Source of the DNA: Patescibacteria group bacterium
GTDB taxonomy: Bacteria; Patescibacteriota; Minisyncoccia; Moranbacterales; DUUL01
NCBI GenBank assembly: GCA_034658815.1
Contig: JAYEFY010000020.1
Location: 11,966-75,965, forward strand
Reading direction: 5' to 3'
Length of the DNA stretch: 64,000 bases
In this document: positions 59,238-64,000 of the stretch, piece by piece
Layout: each line of letters opens with the position of its first letter
Position numbering within the stretch: position 1 is the stretch's first letter
The notes under the pieces: generated by a model
The model's database searches: none
The model's input: the letters and a program-made list of their open reading frames with translations, nothing else
What the model was told of the DNA's origin: nothing
Program-made: the position numbers and the translations under genes

Positions 59238-61130
59238 TTACCAGCTTCCTCCTCCGCCTCCTCCGCCTCCTCCGCCTGAGCTTCCTCCTCCCGAAAAACC
59301 TGAAGAAGAGGAAGACCTTGGTGGAGTCGAAACAGTTCTGGCAACGTTGCTGAAATTGTTATTCATTGATTGCGCAAATACGATAGGCGTGAAAGAACCT
59401 GCTTGCGAGGAATACCATTCGGGATTATGGGTGTAGATCCCTTCAAATGCTTTCGCCCATTTATCCGCCATTCCGAGCACCATTGCGTACGGAAGAACTT
59501 TTTCAAAGATATGCTCGTCTTCTTGAAACTTCACTCTATACCGTTCCGCGGTGTGGATATATTGCTTTAACCCTTTTACATGCCTTTCCGCTTCTATGCC
59601 ATCAAATGTCTTCTTGGACATAAAGATGCCGAACCAGATGTTTATTACTCCGCTTAATGGCAACCCAAATAAAAGATCAACTCTCTGCGCAGACAGGCCT
59701 AGTATAAGACCCGCAATAATCACGACCACTCCAATGGTAATATAAATTGATTTTTTGTGTATAGTATCTTCTTCAAAATAATCCAGCGCGTCCATTTTTT
59801 TCTTGATCTTCTTTTTCGCGGCTTCAACTTGAATATAAAAATTTTTGAGCTTTGATAAAACCACTGTTCTTCCCACAGTTCTGCCAAACAGGCCGTCAAG
59901 AAGTTTCTTTTCGTGAGCCGTAAGCGATTCATCGTCTTTCCACTCTTTCAAGTTTTGTAATTTATAATCCGCAACGCCTTTTGTGTTTTTCATTCCTGGC
60001 TTGCTTTTTGAATTTAACTTAAAAATAAAAAGCATTAAAACCGCGAATTCCGCAATGACAATCAAAAAAAATGTATCAACCAAAAAGAAGCTTAACGCAA
60101 CGTTAAAAACAACAATTGGAATAATTATTCCAATTATCTTCGCGATCTTTTGAATGTTTTGAGAAATTTCTTTTTTTTCGACCTCGAAAATTTTTAAATA
60201 TCCCTTCACGGCAAGATTTACAATATCCGCGGACACAAAATTCGCCGCGTATTTTTCTTTCATTAAATATCCAACCTCTCCCGGAGTAAGCCTGTCAGGC
60301 GGTTCATACTGAGCGATTACCGTTCTTCCCAGATCTAATTCCTTGCCCCGAGCGATCCATAGCAACAGCATTCCGGCAAAAACAAATATCGGCAAGCTGA
60401 ATCCCCAGTTATCAATTAAAAAATAATACAATTTTTCTTTGAACGATAATCCTTGAACAAAAGTTGTGGGAAATTCCATGGCAATGGTTAATCCCTCGTA
60501 AGGATCCAGAATATCTTTTGAAGCAAATTTGATCTGATTGGAAGAAACAACGCTTATCGTACACTCACGAGCCCCGCTTTTATAATAACCGGTAAAACAG
60601 GCCAGTCCGTCATCTGCCAGCACTAAGTCTCTGTGCAAGTGCACTGCCACAGTCGCGTTATTTATTGTCGTGGGCCATTGAGTGCCGATTGGGTTCCAAT
60701 ATAATTCGGTATGATTGTCAAAAAACCTTAACCCGTTCACAACATTATATCGAATGTCATAAATTTGCCTTCCTGCCACAAGCGTGTTCGGGTCTCCTAT
60801 TTTTAAGACAATGTTCCCGCTCTCCTTATATTTCTTAAATATCCGGCCTTTTCCACTTTCATCTGAGACAGTAAAGCCATTAAGGCGCAACTTGAAATTG
60901 GTCTTTCCAAAACTTTCATATTTAACCGGAATTTTTCGAAAAATTCCATGGCGTTGTTCTGCAAAATCAACTGCGATTCGTTCTTGGACTGCAAATGTTC
61001 CATCTTCATTAACATTTATATCAACGTGATAATCGTTGATAATAAACCCGCCCAGATCACTTATCGCATGAACTTGACTTGCGTAAAAAACACAAAAAAG
61101 AAAAACAGACGTTATTATCGCTTTTTTCAT
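59238..61130 (-). CDS. DUF2207-like membrane protein with poly-Gly C-terminal tail
   Basis: 630 aa. Signal peptide, extracytoplasmic domain of about 230 aa, TM segments (~237-260 and 329-370), cytoplasmic region, further TM, and a terminal ...SSSSSGFSGGGSSGGGGGGGGGGSW tail characteristic of DUF2207 proteins. Confidence 0.55.
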   Translation of the reverse strand: MKKAIITSVFLFCVFYASQVHAISDLGGFIINDYHVDINVNEDGTFAVQERIAVDFAEQRHGIFRKIPVKYESFGKTNFKLRLNGFTVSDESGKGRIFKKYKESGNIVLKIGDPNTLVAGRQIYDIRYNVVNGLRFFDNHTELYWNPIGTQWPTTINNATVAVHLHRDLVLADDGLACFTGYYKSGARECTISVVSSNQIKFASKDILDPYEGLTIAMEFPTTFVQGLSFKEKLYYFLIDNWGFSLPIFVFAGMLLLWIARGKELDLGRTVIAQYEPPDRLTPGEVGYLMKEKYAANFVSADIVNLAVKGYLKIFEVEKKEISQNIQKIAKIIGIIIPIVVFNVALSFFLVDTFFLIVIAEFAVLMLFIFKLNSKSKPGMKNTKGVADYKLQNLKEWKDDESLTAHEKKLLDGLFGRTVGRTVVLSKLKNFYIQVEAAKKKIKKKMDALDYFEEDTIHKKSIYITIGVVVIIAGLILGLSAQRVDLLFGLPLSGVINIWFGIFMSKKTFDGIEAERHVKGLKQYIHTAERYRVKFQEDEHIFEKVLPYAMVLGMADKWAKAFEGIYTHNPEWYSSQAGSFTPIVFAQSMNNNFSNVARTVSTPPRSSSSSGFSGGGSSGGGGGGGGGGSW

Positions 61131-61182
61131 TGCATTATTGGATTTAGACTAAGCGCCCGTCATATTGGCAGCAATCCCTTAT

Positions 61183-61530
61183 TTATTGGGGCTGCACTTC
61201 GTTTTCAATTTTATCACTCGACAGATCCTTTTCATTGTATTCGCTAGGCAAGGTTTGATTAATGAGCGAGTCTAGCGCCTCAACTTCTTGTCCCAGCTCA
61301 TCATTTCCGGGATCAGAGAATTCGATTTGATCCTTCGGAACAATTTCTTCTTCTTTATTTGCGGAATCTTGTTTTTGTTGTTTCTCCTGCTGAGTCTTTT
61401 GTTGAATGACTTGCTGCTGAAGCAACTTCTCATCTGTTTTCTTCAAAGTTACGGCAATCGACAAAACAACAACCAACAAAATTATTATTGTGATAACCGT
61501 TATAGCAAAATAAACATTTTTTTTATCCAT
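61183..61530 (-). CDS. Small membrane-anchored Q/K/E-rich protein, unknown
   Basis: 115 aa. N-terminal TM, then low-complexity QQ/KQ-rich sequence. Confidence 0.4.
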   Translation of the reverse strand: MDKKNVYFAITVITIIILLVVVLSIAVTLKKTDEKLLQQQVIQQKTQQEKQQKQDSANKEEEIVPKDQIEFSDPGNDELGQEVEALDSLINQTLPSEYNEKDLSSDKIENEVQPQ

Positions 61531-61572
61531 ATATTTTGTTTAATGTTAATTAAGCGATATTAGGTGGGATTG

Positions 61573-62205
61573 TTAATTGTTGTCTTCTTCGCTGCTACCT
61601 TCTTCTGTTTCCTCATTACTTTTATCCTCATATTTATCAACAATTTGCTTTCTTAGATCCAATAGATCCGGTCGTATAACAGTTCGGTAATATTCTCTTA
61701 CATCAAGCAGTTTTGACCGCACCTCAGGGATCATTTTTCGAGCTTCGCCAAGTTGTTTTACAAACGCGCCTTCCGATTCACCGCAGATATGATCCCGCGT
61801 ATTCTTAAGTTCATCAATAAATAACGCATGGGCATCATGTAATGCCTGTACTTTTTTCTTTAAAACTACAAGATCAGACTTTAGTTTTGACACATCAAAA
61901 CTAGCTTTTTCAAATTTCGTTATGCATCGTTCAATACGCGATACAAGATTATCAAATATTCTACGGTGTTGCGCCTGATTATTCTCATAGCGTTTAATTC
62001 TGGTATTTATTCGTGCTTCAATATTTTCACAACGTCTCTCCTTTATTTGTTCACGAATATCCTTTCGTTCTTCTTTGAGTTTCGCTCTTTTACTAAGAGT
62101 ACTCCAACTTGTTTCACTTTCTGTTTTTTCCGTTATTGCCTGAACACTTCCAAAAATAAAACACCCGCAAACAATAAATATTGCCGCAAATAATATTTTT
62201 TTCAT
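61573..62205 (-). CDS. Secreted alpha-helical protein, unknown
   Basis: ORF 61573-62256. Start at the Met at 62205 (MKKILFAAIFIVCGCFIFGSVQA signal peptide). Confidence 0.45.
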   Translation of the reverse strand: MKKILFAAIFIVCGCFIFGSVQAITEKTESETSWSTLSKRAKLKEERKDIREQIKERRCENIEARINTRIKRYENNQAQHRRIFDNLVSRIERCITKFEKASFDVSKLKSDLVVLKKKVQALHDAHALFIDELKNTRDHICGESEGAFVKQLGEARKMIPEVRSKLLDVREYYRTVIRPDLLDLRKQIVDKYEDKSNEETEEGSSEEDNN

Positions 62206-62447
62206 TGTTTCGTTTTTATTTTTTGTTATAAACCACAATATCACGCAGTATACCACATTATTCTTTTAGCAACAATTTTTTGAAATATAGCAATAAAAAT
62301 AAAATCGGATCTGTTATTTACGATCACAAAATAAGATGGGGTAGACAAATCTTTGAATCTATGCGATAATAGAGTGTAAAAATAAAAAATACGCGTTCTT
62401 CAAAAAGGAAATTTGCCGATAAAAACCGGTGAAAAAGGAGGCGAAAG

Positions 62448-62717
62448 ATGAAACAAACAACAGCGCCTGAGATCAAGAATGGAAATGGATTGTTGGAATT
62501 ATTGGAAAAAGCAGGAAAAGGCTATTGGAATGCGGAGTATAGGGTTAGAAAAGCATTACGGGCTCTCTCAGTATCTTTAGGAGAGATTACAAAAGATCCG
62601 CTTGATACTGATGAGATGGAAGAAATTGAAGAAGGGCAAAAGGCTTTAGATATTGCTTATAAAGCGAGAAGAAAAAGTCATATTGCCTTTCAAGACGCGA
62701 GAAGTAGAACCGCTTGA
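62448..62717 (+). CDS. Hypothetical protein (89 aa)
   Basis: Strong RBS AAAGGAGG 7 nt upstream. Followed by a terminator at 62748-62791. Confidence 0.45.
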   Translation: MKQTTAPEIKNGNGLLELLEKAGKGYWNAEYRVRKALRALSVSLGEITKDPLDTDEMEEIEEGQKALDIAYKARRKSHIAFQDARSRTA

Positions 62718-62747
62718 TCAGTAATGCATATGAAGTACGCATAATAA

Positions 62748-62791
62748 CAGAGGTGGTTGAGATTGATCAATCACCTCTGAAATCTTTTTTA
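62748..62791 (+). terminator. Rho-independent terminator
   Basis: CAGAGGTG-(16)-CACCTCTG followed by AAATCTTTTTT. Confidence 0.65.
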
Positions 62792-62912
62792 AGCTTGTTA
62801 TTTTAAATGGTTGGCTTACAAATAATCCCTAATAAATTTTCCGATTTGACATATTCTTTTGTCCGTAATAGTATTACATTTCAGTAAGTTAAAATAAAGG
62901 AGGACTTAAGAA

Positions 62913-63092
62913 ATGGTTCTTTTGGTAAAATGTCATATATGCCATTGTGAAATGGATCTTGTCCGTGAAGCTATATTTGACAGATACGGAAGGTTTATTT
63001 GTCCGAAATGTCATCGAGAGAAAAGTCTGAAAGTAAAAATATTAAGAATGATTTTCCCAAAAAGGAGGAAAGAAGTAAAATGGACGGAATAG
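62913..63092 (+). CDS. Small Zn-ribbon protein (59 aa)
   Basis: Under 60 aa, so absent from the ORF track. RBS AAGGAGGA 8 nt upstream. MVLLVKCHICHCEMDLVREAIFDRYGRFICPKCH... Confidence 0.45.
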   Translation: MVLLVKCHICHCEMDLVREAIFDRYGRFICPKCHREKSLKVKILRMIFPKRRKEVKWTE

Positions 63093-63292
63093 AAATAGTT
63101 CACGGAATGCGTGGCCACTGTATCGAGTGCGGGAAAAACAATGTGGATCTGATTTATTCGGCAAATCCACATTCCGGAGTAGGATTTTGCATGGAGTGCA
63201 CAATTAAATCGCTCATGACTAGAAATGATGAATGCTACAAAGACATTTTTTTGGGCGCACTGCTAACTCATCTTCAAAGTAAGTACGCATAA
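63080..63292 (+). CDS. Small Zn-ribbon protein (70 aa), paralogue of the preceding ORF
   Basis: ORF 62999-63292 restarted at the Met at 63080, which has AGGAGG 8 nt upstream. MDGIEIVHGMRGHCIECGKNNVDLIYSANPHSGVGFCMECT... has the same CxxC...DL[VI]...CxxC layout. Confidence 0.45.
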   Translation: MDGIEIVHGMRGHCIECGKNNVDLIYSANPHSGVGFCMECTIKSLMTRNDECYKDIFLGALLTHLQSKYA

Positions 63293-63601
63293 GTAAGTAC
63301 GCATAAGTAATTAAGCACTTTTTTATTAACCTATAAATACGCCCTTAGTGAAACACCGGGGGCGTTCTTTATATGAAGTGATTATTGGCTATGATGAAAT
63401 ATTTCTTGTTGTTTGTTACGCATAGCACGGAATTTTGTCATCTTGAGCGGAGTGAAAGATCCCTTAATCATGAATGGCAAACAACAAAGAATATTTCAAT
63501 GCAAAAAGAGTTCTCAAAATCTTTCTTATCTTAAGATACGAGATAAGAAAAAGTTGTCATTCTGGTTGAAAATTTTTAGTAACAAACATTAATACAAAAA
63601 A

Positions 63602-63636
63602 GAAACGCTGACAGAAAACGTCAGCGTTTTTTTCGA
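63602..63636. terminator. Bidirectional rho-independent terminator
   Basis: AACGCTGAC-(7)-GTCAGCGTT followed by TTTTTTT. Preceded by A-rich sequence on the other strand, between convergent genes. Confidence 0.8.
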
Positions 63637-63656
63637 ATACGTTGTACGAAGATTAT

Positions 63657-64000
63657 TTATTTATCCAATTCTTCTATGGCACTTTGCCTATGCATATAAG
63701 CGACTGGGTTTTTCTGCGCCAAAATGTTAAGCGCCGCTAGAATGGCATTTTTCGGCGACAGCACTGTCACTATGGGTACTTGGCTGGGCATTCGGAGACT
63801 ACTCCAGACATCTTCAGGACAAACTTCAGTCGTTGTTGTTATCCCGATCACTGGCCAGCTTGTCCGCGCTGACAGAAGAGGTCCGAGACCATTGCTCATA
63901 CCAACGATAGCGAGGATCACTCCCCCTTCCGGATAGCTTGCTAGAACATTTTCAAGAACATTTAGGCAAGCACCCTGATATTTGTGTCCGGATTTGATAA
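63657..64000 (-). CDS. purE: N5-carboxyaminoimidazole ribonucleotide mutase, partial; N-terminus beyond the right edge
   Basis: Reverse-strand reading continues in frame to the window edge: ...IKSGHKYQGACLNVLENVLASYPEGGVILAIVGMSNGLGPLLSARTSWPVIGITT...MPSQVPIVTVLSPKNAILAALNILAQ matches the PurE C-terminal half. Confidence 0.75.
   Translation of the reverse strand, partial: IKSGHKYQGACLNVLENVLASYPEGGVILAIVGMSNGLGPLLSARTSWPVIGITTTTEVCPEDVWSSLRMPSQVPIVTVLSPKNAILAALNILAQKNPVAYMHRQSAIEELDK

Noticed and set aside
61573-62256. LemA-family assignment for the secreted helical protein next to the DUF2207-like gene
   Set aside because: DUF2207 genes are often paired with LemA, but this sequence does not match the remembered LemA core. 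It was left as unknown.

Overview
The window is AT-rich with tightly packed genes, almost all on the minus strand. It reads as a small-genome bacterium and is plausibly Patescibacteria/CPR-like, but that is inference only. TGA is used as a stop codon, so the standard code 11 applies.

Core housekeeping blocks are recognisable:
- rpmH-rnpA-yidC-jag on the plus strand, with a sigma70-like promoter.
- A cell-wall block: murD, murI, mraY, ftsW/rodA, mltG, a dacA-like carboxypeptidase and acyP, with scpA/scpB.
- ispG and ispH of the non-mevalonate isoprenoid pathway.
- gap, gyrB, aspS, folD, glyA, clpB, htrA, rplY/ctc, and a partial purE at the right edge.

Around these sits a surface-polysaccharide toolkit: a GT4 at the left edge, an O-antigen-ligase-like protein, a FemAB/GNAT-like acyltransferase, two tandem Wzz-like proteins, a Wzx-type flippase, three GT2 enzymes and a MacAB-type ABC exporter. 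There are many secreted, lipoprotein or membrane proteins of unknown function.

The most unusual observations:
- A catalytically dead HtrA paralogue (Ser to Met, His to Asn) sits next to clpB and an intact htrA.
- At least three families of short dispersed intergenic repeats occur in an otherwise AT-rich background: GC-rich (CCTGCC)n/(GGCAGG)n palindromic boxes with companion TCCCGAGTACTCGGGA and TCCCGCTTAGCGGGA hairpins; a ~100 bp element bounded by terminal inverted repeats, one copy of which supplies the last codons of clpB; and a recurrent GAGTTAGTTTGGNAACAGYCC motif near gene starts.
- A NUDIX hydrolase is frameshifted in an A7 tract.
- A GT2 gene is wedged between scpA and scpB.
- The right-hand end (57-63.6 kb) is an island of hypothetical genes: an orphan response regulator, a CAP-domain secreted protein, a DUF2207-like membrane protein and two small tandem Zn-ribbon paralogues.

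No CRISPR array, rRNA or tRNA could be supported by eye.
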